Assembly: GCF_006345805.1 (NCBI RefSeq)
Contig: NC_043006.1
Location: 91,512,001-91,576,000 of the forward strand
DNA from: Octopus sinensis
Lineage: Eukaryota
Reading direction: 5' to 3'
Length of the DNA: 64,000 nt
Part shown: piece after piece, positions 38,368 through 53,117 of the stretch
How the letters are laid out: the number at the start of each line of letters is the position of its first letter
Position numbering within the stretch: the stretch's first letter is position 1
The notes under the pieces: generated by a model
Told to the model about the DNA's origin: nothing
Databases searched by the model: none
The model's input: the letters and a program-made list of their open reading frames with translations, nothing else
Program-made: the position numbers and the translations under genes

Positions 38368-39727
38368 CGTGTGCCTATTTGTACGTGTATTTGCATATAC
38401 ACATATGCACATGTATTTGAATGTATATATATATATGTGTGTGTGTGAATGTATGCATGCATGTGAATATTCATACATATACACATATATTTGTACATGC
38501 ATAGACATATATTGTAAAACTATACATATATATACACACACATACATATATTATATATACTCGTGTGTGTGTATGTGTAAGTATGTGTGTGTGCGCGTGT
38601 GAGTGTGTACGTGTGTGTTCGTAAACAGTTTCTTGGAAGCAGATATCGACGCATAAGGCCCCGACACCAGCAGATTCTTTTGATGTGAACCCAACTTTCT
38701 GGCACTATTTTTCGCCGTTTCTGTCCCTGCTCTACGTTCCCCAACACTCTGCAGTCATCTTTTAATTTGTCCTCTGACGGAGGATCATAACATAAGCTTT
38801 AGTCTTTTATTCATCGCATGCCACAAATAATATATTAACTTCTTCAAATATTTGTGCTTTTTAAAACATCTAATCAAATTCTTGCTGAAACAAACCATCA
38901 ATATCTTATCAATTCTGGCGACTTTCCACGTTCTGTATATTAAATATATTTATTCTTTAAAACAATGTTTCCAGAGTGAGGCCGACGTTATCTGCGACGA
39001 TCTCGTGGCTGTTAAATAATTATTTTGATAAACAGAGTTCAAGTCTTGTTTCAGAATTTTATGACACTCATAATTTATTGCAATTTAACAATATTATTTA
39101 TTAATGAATGTACTTTGAACACAAATGTATTTTATTATTTAAGTTTTACTGCCATTTTTAATTTAACGACCATAAAAATTATATGATTTGAACTAATAAA
39201 ATCCTAAAAACCAATAAGTAAAATAAAACAAACGAAAACACGCCTTGTAAGTGATTTTCAATAAATCGACCCAGCATAAACAAGCTGAGATAAATACAGT
39301 TGAGAATTATACAAAGAAAAAAGCATATCATTTCTGCAACAAAAGTTTACATATTCAGCAGGAATAAACAGCACCAAGAATTTAATATATTTTAAAATCC
39401 AAGAGTAAATTGCCGCAGATTTTTCTATATTTTCGTTTATTTTCGCTATTCATCTATTTACTCATTTTTCTTTCTTAAATACATTTTATTTAATTTTCGC
39501 ATCATATAATTTAATTGATTGTTAAATTAAAAATTATTGTAAAATGAAGCATATTCACTTTAGTTGTAAATAGAAACGGAATAAAACTAATAAACTGAAA
39601 TTTTACTATAATCATCGTCGTCATCATCATCATCATAATCATCATCATCATCAATATTATTTTTAATATTATCATTAATTAATATCATCGTCGTCGTTGT
39701 CATCATCATCATCATCATCATCATTTT

Positions 39728-39780
<53 letters not shown>

Positions 39781-40864
39781 TTATTATATGACAGCTATGA
39801 GTAGATTTTAACCATTAGTTACGGAATTCTACTCAAACTATAAAATTCTTAAGACTTGCAGTCTGTTCTGCGTGATCAGGGAAAGCATTACACAGATTGA
39901 CGTTTGGGCAAACCTAGGATTCAAGAAATTCCATCCATGACCATCTCGTCTTTTCACGAGCTTTTAAGACTTCATTATCTAATGCGCTTTCCGTTTCTTT
40001 CCAGTTGGTAGTATATATGATTGGAAGGAATGTGGACTGTGATTTCTAAAAGATCGAGAAAGGCGCTAAATGTCCGGCTTTTAAAAAAATTCCTTGCTCA
40101 TTTATAAACACATTAATGTAAAAAGTTTAATTTTCATTCTAGACTTAATTATAATTAAAAATTAAGGAAAATAAAGCAGAGGGATGAGAAGGTCATAAAA
40201 GGATGATTAAACAATAGTTTGGATGCACGACTTGTTTATATGTGAACAGTATTTGAAATTGAAATAATTCGGATTCATTAATTTTGATTGCTTTGTTATG
40301 AGGATAATAACGAGTCATCATTGCAACCAAGGTCGAGGCTAATGGGAAAACTCCAGCTAATGGTGGTAAGGCGGGCTAATGGGGCAAGTCGGGCTAATGA
40401 TAACATTTCTAATGATAACATAAAGTGTTCGGCAGTCACTGTTTCTACTCATGATATAGTAATGTAGACAAACCCGTTCTGAAGGACGCAGAGGTGAATT
40501 TCTGGGACCCCAGCCCTTGCTGGAGCAGCGATATTTGAACGGATATCCTTTGAAGAGTAAAAGATCTGCTGAGACTCCAACAATAGTCATGTGCAGAGAC
40601 ATTCTACTAAAGCACCTGGCAACGGGGCAGTTAGGTGTGAAATTGTACTCGGAGTATGCTGGGGTTCGAAACCGGCGACTGAAGATACATTCACTTAGAA
40701 TTTAAGGTAAAAAGGAATACTCTGTGGGCACGAAGAAGTGTGAAAGGTAAAGAGGTCCACTGTAAGATTTGAACTCAAAACGTAAACGTGGGGTTTTATT
40801 CCAACTTCCTAACAATTCTGCCAACTCACCTCTCTCTCACTCAATCTCACTCTCTCGCCCATCG

Positions 40865-40903
<39 letters not shown>

Positions 40904-42699
40904 CGAACATAGATACATACATGTATATTTATCAAAAGTAACTTTATATATAAATATATAAAAGAGGTTATACACACAAGAAAGCTGACCAGCAGGTCTT
41001 CTGAGAGGAAGCTCCCCTCAGGCAAGTGTTTCGACTTTTAAATTCCTACACTCTTAGGGACCGGGCCACATCCATATTATGACTCCTGGTGCCCTTCTGC
41101 TGACACACTTTAACTACATGGATATCGAAAACTTGCTCATTTAGACAGCTTGGAGATTTCATCTAGTTGAAACTCTCCTCCATTAATTCAGCTTTCAAAC
41201 TTATTCTTGAAGAAGAAATAACATTCGTTGTCATGGTAACGCGTTTCTTAACTCTGTTATAATAATAAGTATAGTCTAAAAAAGGAAAGCTTAAGCTGTC
41301 ACAAGGAACAAAATATGAAATAGAAGGAATTGAAACGAATATATGGATTTATATAAACCTGAACATATCTTAATAATCATTTCTTATCTTAGAAAACCAT
41401 TATGGACCAATCTTTTTAAAGCTTCCATATTATTTCTTCACCCTTCTATGGTGTTTTGTGAATAAATATAAAAGTTGGGTGAGTCGAACAAAACTACAAA
41501 CATATGGGTTTTAACACCACAACCTGGTGCTCAGATATCTTTAGCAGTTTCTATTCTGTTGCAAAAAATGAAAGCTATTGGTCCTTGTACCTGAACTTCG
41601 CCATTTCCTCTCACTTACTTTCCATCTCAAGAAATGGGTCCTGACTTTTCTACTCTGACAAGGTTAATGATTAAAAAATAAAACCCCTGGTGTGAAGAAA
41701 TAGTTTAAATTTAGCATGAAGATTAACGAAACGGAAGTCTACATCGATGTCGTGTAATTCAGTGTTACTATGATCCCTTCATCTCCTAATCCCTCCATCT
41801 TACATTAATCATATTTGGTGATATGTTGAGACATTCAAGACTCGGGAGAATAATTACAAGTAATTGAAACTGCAGTAATTTTGCACAACAGATCACACTC
41901 TCATACTTAATATTCAAACAGCATCGGTTTTATAGCCGCAGTTTTCAGCTCTGAAGTCCATTATAGAAAGACGAAGATGTATATTTAACTGCCGCTGTTA
42001 ATTCGAAAGTATAATGATTCGGTCAGAGTATTTAAAATGCCACTTTAAAGTGTAATGCTGATATTAGCGTAGATAAGTGCTTTCATGGAATGCTTTTTTT
42101 TTGTAATGCAATTATATCTAATGGAACATGTGCCAGAAAGTAGTTTAGAAAGGTTAAAGAATATATAAAAATCTCTTCATAGAATGATGACAGTCAAATG
42201 AAAATAAGAGAAACTTACAGTGGAATATTTGAAAAATATTTAAAATAATTCGCTAGTTGTGTTCACCGTGCTGCATAGACAATCAATAGGTTTTGCAATA
42301 AGATATTAATGCGAGAGTATAGAGGAGCGGCCATATTTAGGTATTCTGTAAAATAAATTTTATGCACAAAGTTCCTAGACAGATAGGGGTTTCTTGATTC
42401 CAAACTAATTGGATCTCATCGACTTCAATGTAATTATGGCTACATGCTCTTTGATTAAATTCCAAGGAAAAAAGATGAGCGTGATTTCGAAGTACAGGCT
42501 TAGTTGCTTTCGTCAAACAGTTTCGCGATGGTAACCGAACTGGAACTTGGGAGTCACTGCCACAAAATTTCTTTGTAAAATATGGATAAGAAAGAAACTC
42601 TACAAGTAAAGGCCCTTGAATTAATGTTGTTTGATTCCATTATTCATGTATGTATGTATGTATGTATGTATGTATGTATGTATGTATGTATGTATGTAT

Positions 42700-42730
<31 letters not shown>

Positions 42731-43267
42731 CATGTATATGTGTCTACACCCCACCCACATATATATATACTTTTCGTGGATTAACAACGCTACCAATGGT
42801 TTCATGTAGAAATAATTTCTACAGTTTTCAAGCGATCCACTTATACTTGCCTTAATTTCGGATAAGAATTCGTAAAAGAGAATGTGTATTTACCAAATGC
42901 GGTGTTGAGCACTCATTCTCACTGTTCGATGCTATCGTAGAAACACACACACACACACACACGACAAGCTTCTACATAATTTTAGTCTACCAAATTCTCT
43001 TAACACACATTGCTCCATCTGGGGCTGTAGCAGAGAACACTTGCCTCAAGTTTCGCTTCGTGGGATTGTACTCGAAATCCCGGAAATGTGAAACGACGTT
43101 TATAACCACTCAGCTATACTTGCGCCGATACACACACGCACACATACACAACCACACATGTACTCACACACACGTGTACACTTATATTATTATTTAAAAA
43201 TGATCTCTTATGTATACATTCCTCATAGAGTCAATACAAAACGGCTGTATATATGCAAAATGCAGAT

Positions 43268-43640
43268 GATGTGGTTAAGAAACCCGCTTTGCAACCACGC
43301 GGCTTCCGGTTGACTCTTTCTGCGCGGCACATTGGGCAAATGTCTTCTAATATAGCTCCAATCGCCGACTATAGTCAACCAATGCTCAGTGAGAAAAATT
43401 GGTAAATGGAAACTGTATAGAAGCCATTCGTATATATTGTGTGTGTATATTTTTGTGTTTGTTCCCGCCCCGCACCACTTTTCAATCGGTTTGGGTTTGC
43501 TTATGTCCCAATAAATCTTTTTGGTTCGGCAAAAGGGACCGACAGATCAAGTACCACAAATACTGGCGTCGATTTGTTCGTCTAAATTCTTAGGGCAGTG
43601 CCCCAGCATGGTCGCAGTCAAACGATTGACACAAGTTAAA
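43268..43640 (+). mobile_element. SINE family B
   Basis: gtggttaagaaacccgctttgcaaccac..gcggcacattgggcaaatgtcttc..internal TG tract..ccccagcatggtcgcagtc. Confidence 0.78.
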
Positions 43641-43714
43641 AGGTAAGTTCAATGTGATATCAATATTGTCTTTAAAGGCCAGCAAGTTCAGAGCTAAGCC
43701 GATTACATCGGATT

Positions 43715-43842
43715 AACTGGGACTTATTTCATCGATCCTGAGAGGAGAAGGCAAAGTCGACCTCGGCGGAATTTGAACGTTAAGAACAAAACGCCGCTCA
43801 GCATTTTGTCCGGCGCGGTAATGGTTCTGCCAGCGCACCGCC
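43715..43842 (-). mobile_element. SINE family A, partial
   Basis: ggcaaagtcgacctcggcggaatttgaac..ttctgccagcgcaccgcc on plus. Confidence 0.75.
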
Positions 43843-46110
43843 ATATGTTGGGTATAAATATTACAACCCGAAGTTGTTTCGTTTGTCAGTAGCCAGTTTG
43901 CCACATTTATTCGTCCTCATTGTATCTCAGATCGGTTCTGTAGATAATCTTCATTAATCTGCGGCTCTAACACCTGACTGATTAATTCCAACGTTTGGGA
44001 GTCATGTAGAAGTGTTGCATTAAAAGCCAGGCTTAATTTTATGTTTCAATGCTATCGTGTTGCGCTGATACTCATCTCAATCTCACCGATGACAAAGACA
44101 AATTGCTATTTTGTACTCGTTAAAGGAGAACCTATTAACGTTTCCATTTTGTTAAATGGCCTGTAATTTAACTTTTCACCTCATCTCGTTTGCAGAATAC
44201 ATCATGCCACATTATTCCGGAACACTTCCGCGGCTCCATACCAAGCTAGTGTTCGGTTAAATTTTTTGTTTGTTTTGTGTTTATCTTTTGAAATGAAAAG
44301 CTCACATAGACAAACATGCAAAATACTGCCAAATATACCTACCTCATCATTTTATCTGTGACCAAGAAGCAAAGAATTTAGTCCGACTCTTATTTAAATT
44401 CTGTCTCTGGTCCTAGCCTAAAACGTTGGAATTCTTTTGATTTCTATGTTATCTGCGATGATAGAAATTTACTTCGCAGTTTCGATTATTTTGACAAACG
44501 AAACCATTAGAGCTGTTAGCATTGTATTATTATTGCAGCAACAAATAACAGCCAAAGTTAACATTATCCAAGCAAAATGGACAATTCCACCCCACCTTTT
44601 TATTAATACAGATATCTTTTGTGGTTTCTAACAAGAAAAAAATAATAATAGATACTCTTAATGTTTCGAAGCAGTAATCGTTATTTCGCTTTACCTTAAG
44701 AATTACCTTACTAATCACAACAAAAGAATCAATATGGTGTAGTGAAGGTAATTTTGGAAAAATGGGAAAAAATATCGATTATTTGTATATTTCAAACGAT
44801 ACAGGTGTTTGCGTGTGTCCATGTAAAGACGGAATTTGATGTCTTTTGTACACACATCGATATCGATCAGGTGGAACAGAGGCGCTTGATATCAAATGCA
44901 TATTATTCAATATAAGACATTTCTACATTTCTCTCTCTCTTTGTTTCTCCGTTTCTCAGTCTCTGTGTCTGTCTGTCTCTCTCTCTCTCTGTTTCTCTGC
45001 CTCTCTTTCCCTCCCTCTCTCTGCCTGAAAGCCAGATTCAGTCGGTACAAAAGCAGACTAGCTGTTTGTTAGCTTTTGCTATTTGAATGTATTAAAAAAA
45101 TGTGCACTTCCTTTCTGAGAGAAAGAGAGAGGGGGAGAGAGAGAGAGAGGAAAAGAGAGAGATGGGGAGGGAAGGAGATAGAGAGAGATAGAGAGTGTGT
45201 GTGTGTGCGTGTGAGAGAGATCGAGATAGATGGAGACAGAGTGTGTGAGTGTGTCTGCGTGAGAGACAGGGAAAGAAGTTTTATTGAATAATAGCTGAAC
45301 ACTTTAGCGCAGTGATAAGCCGAATCCTAGAAACATTGAGTTTCGTGGTCTCCCCTAAAGGTATTGTTTGAAGTCTTGTTTCCAATATCCTTTAGTTCAG
45401 AGAAGCATTATAAATACTTTTCTTATATCTTATAAGTCTTTCTCTCTATATATATCTCAGACACACACACACATGTACACACACGCGCACACACACACAC
45501 ACAACACACACACACACACACACACACTCACACACACACGCATGCACACACAAACATACGCGCACCCCCACACACACGATACACACATGCATTTACACAC
45601 GCTCATACACATATGAAAGGCTTCTGCATAGTTTCCAAAGACATGCGAGTCTACATATATACATATATTATTTAAAACATTTTCATACGACCGAATCAAA
45701 ATGTTTTAATAATATATGTAACTCCAACTAAGCGTGTCTAGTGCCTCTTTCTTTCGTTTTTCTACTCACTTATATATATATATATAGGGGGGGATTGTAG
45801 TGGGGTTTCTCAATAATTAAAATGCATTCAACAATAGCAATCTGCGTTTGTATATAAATATTTTCTAATATTATGTACACATACGCAACCTGGGAGAAAG
45901 GGACATCCGAATTTGGTGGACCTATTGTGAACTTATGTATGTATGCATGCATGTATGCATGTATGTATGTATGTATGTATGTATGTATGTATGTATGTAT
46001 GTATGTATGTATGTATGTATGTATGTATGCATGTATGTGTGTGTGTGCATGCATGTATGTATATGTATATATATATATTTATATATATATGTGTATATGT
46101 ATATATATAG

Positions 46111-46175
<65 letters not shown>

Positions 46176-46184
46176 TATAAATAG

Positions 46185-47730
46185 ATGAGTGTATTTTACC
46201 TTGTTAACAATTAACACGGATAAATGAACGAATAGTTACCAGGGCAGCAAAATCTCACAAGTAAAGATGTTGTAACTCCTTGTTTATAAAGGTTGAAACT
46301 TCGTGTTTACGTTGAATATTTGAATAATAGGAATAAAAAATGGAGTCAACGCAGGTTTAAACAAGTATTTTTTCTTTCTACATATGTTTCAAAAATTCCA
46401 CTGATACTTATTCAAAAGAATAAAAGGTATAAACAATGCAATCTTCTCTTCGGGAAAGTGAAAAAACGAAACTTGTCAATACGACATTTTAGCAAAAAAT
46501 GATGGATTCGTATAGCGATAGACAGAACGCTATTAATATTGTTTAAAAAAACGTTATATGATATAACGTCATAAGTAGCTAACAGAAAGAGTAGGGATAT
46601 TAATAGTGAATGTTAAATATAAAGGAAATTAAAGTCTAAACTATATATAATGATAGAGACTACTTATATGCACTAAAAGTATGCTTTTGCCAATGCTTAC
46701 ATCTGTATGCTCGTTCTATAACCGTGTTTACTAGAGTATTTTTAGAAAAAATAATGAAAAATAGCTCAGAATTGCAGAGAAGACAGAATTTCTTGCCTTT
46801 GTCATATGGTATCGAAATTGAGAGGATCAACCATTCCAAATGAAATTGTTCATTGTGGTCTTTTAAATTCCAAATCAGTTTGCTGAGACCGGTACTATTC
46901 CGTTTATTTCTATCTCTAACATTAATTTAGCTACTACCATCCAACCCTCTAGAAATATTAATAACAAGGTTATTGTATCTGAAGTCAATCCCAATAGAAT
47001 TAAATTTATGTCAAGTAACTCTAAGATTAAAAATTCTATATACCAGTGTATAATCAGTACTCGTAATAAAGTACGATTTTACATTAGAAGCACATCGTTA
47101 GAGTTATCTAAGAGAATTTCTATCCATTACTCAACATTTAGAGATAGAAATAAACGGAATAGTACCGGTCTCAGCAAACTGATTTGGAATTTAAAAGACC
47201 ACAATGAACAATTTCATTTGGAATGGTTGATCCTCTCAATTTCGATACCATATGACAAAGGCAAGAAATTCTGTCTTCTCTGCAATTCTGAGCTATTTTT
47301 CATTATTTTTTCTAAAAATACTCTAGTAAACACGGTTATAGAACGAGCATACAGATGTAAGCATTGGCAAAAGCATACTTTTAGTGCATATAAGTAGTCT
47401 CTATCATTATATATAGTTTAGACTTTAATTTCCTTTATATTTAACATTCACTATTAATATCCCTACTCTTTCTGTTAGCTACTTATGACGTTATATCATA
47501 TAACGTTTTTTTAAACAATATTAATAGCGTTCTGTCTATCGCTATACGAATCCATCATTTTTTGCTAAAATGTCGTATTGACAAGTTTCGTTTTTTCACT
47601 TTCCCGAAGAGAAGATTGCATTGTTTATACCTTTTATTCTTTTGAATAAGTATCAGTGGAATTTTTGAAACATATGTAGAAAGAAAAAATACTTGTTTAA
47701 ACCTGCGTTGACTCCATTTTTTATTCCTAT
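46185..47730. mobile_element. Penelope-like element 3' fragment with inverted duplication, inserted between (TA)n tracts
   Basis: 46327-46919 is the reverse complement of 47138-47730 (593 bp each, 218 bp spacer). It carries a GIY-YIG coding fragment and has (TA)n on both sides. Confidence 0.88.
46921..47397 (+). CDS. PLE GIY-YIG endonuclease C-terminal fragment
   Basis: Open frame with IYQC..FYIRSTS..KRISIHYSTF..STGLSKLIWNLKD..LEWLIL..CLLC..CKH, a typical PLE endonuclease pattern. The conserved G of YIG is changed to R. Confidence 0.75.
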   Translation: MNLATTIQPSRNINNKVIVSEVNPNRIKFMSSNSKIKNSIYQCIISTRNKVRFYIRSTSLELSKRISIHYSTFRDRNKRNSTGLSKLIWNLKDHNEQFHLEWLILSISIPYDKGKKFCLLCNSELFFIIFSKNTLVNTVIERAYRCKHWQKHTFSAYK

Positions 47731-47769
47731 ATATATATATATATATATATACTTCGTTGCTATTATGTT

Positions 47770-48124
47770 AAACTGTCGTATGTCCAAATTTGACCAAATT
47801 CGGTTTTTTTTTCAATATTTAATTTTGCTTTTAATAGCCGGTTCTTTTAGTCAAACTATAGTATTTCCAGCTGCATCAGATGACAAGATATGGAAATTGT
47901 CAAAGTGTGGTACAATGGTTTAACATTTTTCAAAAGTCCCACATACGAAAGTTTTGCAAAAGTATTTCTGACTGAAAATATCATACATGCATGGAGTTCT
48001 GATTTTATGCACCCAACTAAGTATTATTGTTAAGCTGAAACTGTTGCTAATGTAAAAAGAAATGGAATGGTGAAACCATTTTTTTATTTTCTGAAAAAGC
48101 AGCATTTTGGACTTACGACACTTT
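47770..48124. mobile_element. Unclassified MITE-like element
   Basis: Imperfect terminal inverted repeats: AAACTGTCGTATGTCCAAA versus the reverse complement of TTTGGACTTACGACACTTT. Confidence 0.5.
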
Positions 48125-48254
48125 TGCATCTTGAAGCTCGCCTTCTTCCTACACCTCGATCATTGGATGTATGTATGAAAGTGTGCATGTATGTATGTAT
48201 GTATGTATGGGTGAATGTACGTAACCATATACACATGTGAAATGAAAACATCTT

Positions 48255-48488
48255 ACCATCTATTTGTTTCAGCTATTGGTCTGCGGCCATACTGGGGCAC
48301 CACGTCAAACAAATCGATCGCAATACTTAGTTTTAAGTGTGGCACTTATTCTATCAGTTACTTATAGCGAACCGCTAAGTTACTGGGGCGTCAAGACACA
48401 AGCATCGGTTGTCAAACGGCAGTGGGATTAAACATAAACGCGAAATCACAAACATACATTCAAACTTGTTATCAAATAATATTTGTCT

Positions 48489-48525
<37 letters not shown>

Positions 48526-48770
48526 CCAATCAATAAATCAATCAATCAATCAGTCAATCAATCTGTCTGTCTATCTTATCTATCTATTTATCTGTCTGAC
48601 TGTCTGACTGTTTGTCTGTCTGTCTGTCTCTGTGTTTCCATGAAATTTTCGTCTACCAAATTATTTTACAAGGCATTAGTCAACCCAGGTCAGAACACTT
48701 ACCCAACGTGCTGCTCAGTGGGACTGAACCCGTGACCATGCAGTTGCAAAGCTAGCTTCTTAGCCATGCC
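48255..48770 (-). mobile_element. SINE family B with expanded internal (TCAA)/(TCTG) tract
   Basis: 3' half at 48255-48430 and 5' half at 48640-48770, separated by about 200 bp of simple repeats. Confidence 0.72.
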
Positions 48771-49285
48771 AACGCCTTTAAGCAATACCTGGAAGATTGG
48801 GGACCAAAACATATTACATCTAAAAACTATTAGACAAAAATGTTATGCTGTGGATGGAAAGATCAACAAAAAGCCATCTTAACGGATCCACTCTGCTTCC
48901 TTGTCTTTGTTACATTATAAGCGGAAAGTGTTGTAATGAAGTCCAAATCTATTATAATAATATCTACCCTGTATTACTAATGTATGTAGGCGGGAAAGTT
49001 GATATTCGTAACTGAGTTGCTCGTACAGAAACACAAATCTATGTGTATAGACAGCATTTTAAAATGGTCAAATATTGAAATTAGGAACTTTAATAAACAA
49101 TAATAAAAATCGAGTCACAGACTCTATAGTAATAAAATTGATACCTTAATTGTCGCTGTCAACTCCTTCTTCAGCACTGCATCAATCGACGCATTGCTTA
49201 AATAACCACAAATTTAGTGGTGTAACACTACTGGATAGACTAGTTTTACATATTAAACACGTTGCTGCTAACCAATATGCACATA

Positions 49286-49804
49286 CCGTAAACCCTCGAG
49301 TATAAGCCGCATTTTCCCCCAAAATTTAACGGTCAAAATCCCTAGTGCGTACGACATACGAGGTTAAAAATGAAAAATATTTTCTAAGCAATGTCCAAGT
49401 CTCTATTTGCTGTCCGGCAATATTTATTCAGACGCATTTTGTGATGTAGGGCGCGAAAATACCTTAAAATAAGCCTGAAAGCAATGAAGTCATAAGAGAA
49501 TCATCCATAACTTGCAATAAGCAACATTTATTAAAATAAAAGTATTCAAACACAGAATAACATGTAACAAAAACAATTTGCAAACATATTTACATTTCCA
49601 TATAACAGTTAAAAAATCACCTTTATTGTATTACGCATGCGCGGAAGTGTTTGTTCGACTAGGTGCTGCTGGCTTAATTACGCACGACTCAGGTTAGAGA
49701 AGGGGTGCGTATTATATACAAGGTTTAGCTTTTTCAGAGGTACAGCCCCCTAAAAATCCCCTGCATATTATACCCAAGGGCGGACTATACTCGAGGATTT
49801 ACGG
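49286..49804. mobile_element. Tc1/mariner-pogo-type MITE
   Basis: 25-bp TIRs CCGTAAACCCTCGAGTATAAGCCGC / GCGGACTATACTCGAGGATTTACGG (3 mismatches). TA target duplication at 49284-49285 and 49805-49806; no ORF. Confidence 0.9.
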
Positions 49805-50724
49805 TATTAATTACTATATTTCGTTTTGCAGCCATAGTATTCTACAAATATATCAAAAGGTTATAATCCAATTTTGTACCCGACTTATATCACATACATA
49901 TAATATGAAACATGGTAGCGGCGAAGTTGGTGATGGCAGCAACGGCACTAATCCCCTTCGTATCGGCCCTTCGTATCGGCAATCAGTTTGCCGCTGCTTC
50001 CACGACATCTGCCTCCTCTGCCACTAATACCAATGTAGGCTGTTATCTTCACCACCATAGTTGCCAACCTTACTACTAGCCATCTACCACCACTTCCGGC
50101 GTTATTATTTCTGGGGAAGAGCTGCTACTAATCTCATCGGATAAAGATGGGTCACTATTTATTTGTTATGGAGTCTGCTTATTGAATGATTGAGGCCGAT
50201 GGCTTGGCGGCGTAAATGAGGTGAATCGTTACGGTTGGTTGGAAATTGGGAGTTCGAAGTACGAATTTAGTTGGTTTGTTTCAAAATTAATTCTGAATCT
50301 ACATCTCTTATCTCTTCATCAATCCTCTCACACACATGCACGCACGCATACACACACACTCACACACACAAATGTACACATGTCAGTGCACACGCATGTG
50401 TGCATAAGAGCATATACAAACATAAGGGTGTATACCTACGCACGAACATGTACACACATACATATGCACAACCGTAACGAAAAGAATCACAAACACACTC
50501 ACACACACAAACAAACACACATGTGCACGCACACACTCACTCATGCACGCACACACACGATCACATATGCAGTTATTTTCGAGATATCCATTAATTTTAA
50601 TCATGAAATATGCGATCGGAACGACAAATTTATAAATTTGTGACATTTTCAAATGTTAAATAAGTCAAATATTTCGATGTCAGCTGACAAGAAATGCTTT
50701 GAGGGACACACACACATACACACA

Positions 50725-50787
<63 letters not shown>

Positions 50788-51060
50788 ATGTAAGCATGCA
50801 CTCATCAACGAGAGAGCCTGCACCGTTTCACAACCTGCGAGAACTAACGAACAAATTTTCCCACCCTTACTACACATGCACTCCATTGCACTCTACCACG
50901 CCCCAATCACCTGAACATTTTACAACACACCACGCCACATGTTCCCTCTTACAATATCACGTTACATGTTCTCTACCACAGTATAAGAAACCATACAATG
51001 ACATATCACACGCAATATTCCACGAAACACAAGCTCTGCTAGAATAAATATACAATATAG

Positions 51061-51450
51061 GCGCAGGAGTGGTAAGTGGCTTGCTTACCAGCCACATGTT
51101 TCCGGGTTCAGTCCCACTGCGTGGCACCTTGGCAAGTGTCTTCTACTATAGCCTCGGGCCGACCAAAGCCTTGTGAGTGGATTTGGTAGACGGAAACTGA
51201 AAGAAGCCCGTCCTATATATGTAGATATATATATGTATGTATGTGTGTGTATATGTCGTGTATCTGTGTTTGTTTCCCCCAATATCGCTTGCCAACCGAT
51301 GCTGATGTGTTTAGGTCCCCGTCACTTAGCGGTTCAGCAAAAGAGACCGATAACATAAGTACTAGGTTACAAAGAATGATTCGACTAAAGGCGGTGCTCC
51401 AGCATGGCCGCAGTCAAATGACTGGAACAGGTAAAAGAGTAAAAGAGAGT
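51061..51450 (+). mobile_element. tRNA-derived SINE family B (reference copy; CORE-like segment)
   Basis: tRNA-like head (gtggtaag; gggttcagtccc), gtggcaccttggcaagtgtcttc, internal (TA/TG)n and a GTAAAAGA repeat tail. Confidence 0.85.
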
Positions 51451-51681
51451 AATGCATAAGTCCCATTTGCTTATTTATCTAACATACCAACCTACGTTTC
51501 CTTTGACGGTATGCCGCGATACATGCTTCTTTTCACGTGTTCATTATTACAATATATCATGCCATTACATGTTCCCGTTGCAATGTGCCACGGTACATGT
51601 AATCTGCTACAATAAAAGTTGCATGCTTTCTGTAGCATAATTCGCCGCTACATGATCTATATTTCAAAATGAAACAATGAA

Positions 51682-51897
51682 GGCGGCGAGCTGGCAGAGT
51701 CGTTAGCACGCCGGGCGAAATGCGTAGACGTATTTCGTCTGTCGCTACGTTCTGAGTTCAAATTCCGCCGAGGTCGACTTTGCCTTTCATCCTTTCGGGG
51801 TCGATAAATTTAGTACCAGATATAATCGACTTAATCCGTTTGTCTGTCCTTGTTTGTCCCCTCTGTGTTTAGCCCCCTGTGGGTAGTAAAGAAATAG
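51682..51897 (+). mobile_element. SINE family A, young monomer
   Basis: Near-consensus; central GCCTTTCATCCTTTCGGGGTCGATAAA resembles the MetaSINE-type domain as I recall it (needs checking). Confidence 0.88.
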
Positions 51898-52404
51898 AAA
51901 CAACGAAGGAATCTCCATGCGGCGACTCGACCTGCTAAAAGAAGTAACAGAATCTCCTCTCATTGGATAATTTACTGCTAAAGGAATTACGTATGATAAC
52001 AAGCACGTGATGTTCGTGGCTGAACTCTGTTTAAACAACAGCAACAACATTAGCCGGAATAAATATTCCTATACTGGGTTATCTTTAGAGTCTGAAATTT
52101 GTTGTGCTTCGCTATCTCACTTGCATAAACGTTTTTAAAAAGATGAACATCAATAGCAACATAAATGAAAGTGAGTAATCTAATCTCTAAAATCTTTAAA
52201 TGATCATTCCGTTATCAGGCTAAGTAATCAATTGTTTGCCATCTCATGATCTGAAGAATCCATTATTAAAATAGATGCTCCGACCTTATTGATCTTTGGA
52301 GTAAAGCATTAATATTGAACTTCTTTTCTGACCAGAACCAGTAGACTAAGAGAATTTGGTATTTCGAAAGCAAAACTCTGGTCAAGTTGAAGGTATATTC
52401 AGCT

Positions 52405-52950
52405 AAATATTGGCTTCAAATTTTGGTACAAAGCCAGGAATTTCGGAGAAGAGGGTGATTTGATTATATCGGCCCCCCATTTCTCAACTGTTACTTATTT
52501 TATCGACCCCGAAACAATGAAAAGCAAAGTTGACCTAGGTAGGATTTGAACTCAGAATGTAAAGTCGGAAGAAATATCACTAAGCAATTTGTCCGACGCG
52601 GTAACGGTTCTGCCAGCTTACCTCCTTGCACAACTAAAAGTTTGCAGGCAAAAGCGGCGATCTGGCCGAATCGTTACCGCGCCAAGCACAATGCTTAGCG
52701 GCATTTTACCCGCCTTTATGTTCTGAATTCAATCTCCGCCGTGGTCGACTTTCATCCTTTCGGGTCGATAAAATAAGTATCAGTTGAGTACTGAGATCAA
52801 TGTAATCGAATTGCCCACTCTCCGGAACTTACTGACATTGTATCAAAAAATTTTTCAGTTGTGTGTCTTTACGTTCTGAGTTCGCATCCCACCGAAGTTG
52901 GCTTCGAGTTTGCTTTTCATTCTTTCGAGGTTAAAATAAATGAATACCAT
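52405..52950. mobile_element. Cluster of diverged family A SINEs (52405-52625 minus; 52654-52850 and 52860-52950 plus)
   Basis: Repeated ttcatcc..gggtcgataaa and gttctgagttc motifs in both orientations. Confidence 0.72.
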
Positions 52951-53117
52951 CACTGAAATGTGAAGACCCCAATCCGCTTAATTTGGAAATTAATTTTAAG
53001 AGCAGCTGCCATGTTATGATACTCTATTTGCCTGTACAAAAACTGGTTGGAACTGGTTGGAACTGTTTAGAACTTGATCAAATATTGTCATTTTCTTTTA
53101 TCTTTTAATTTTCACGT

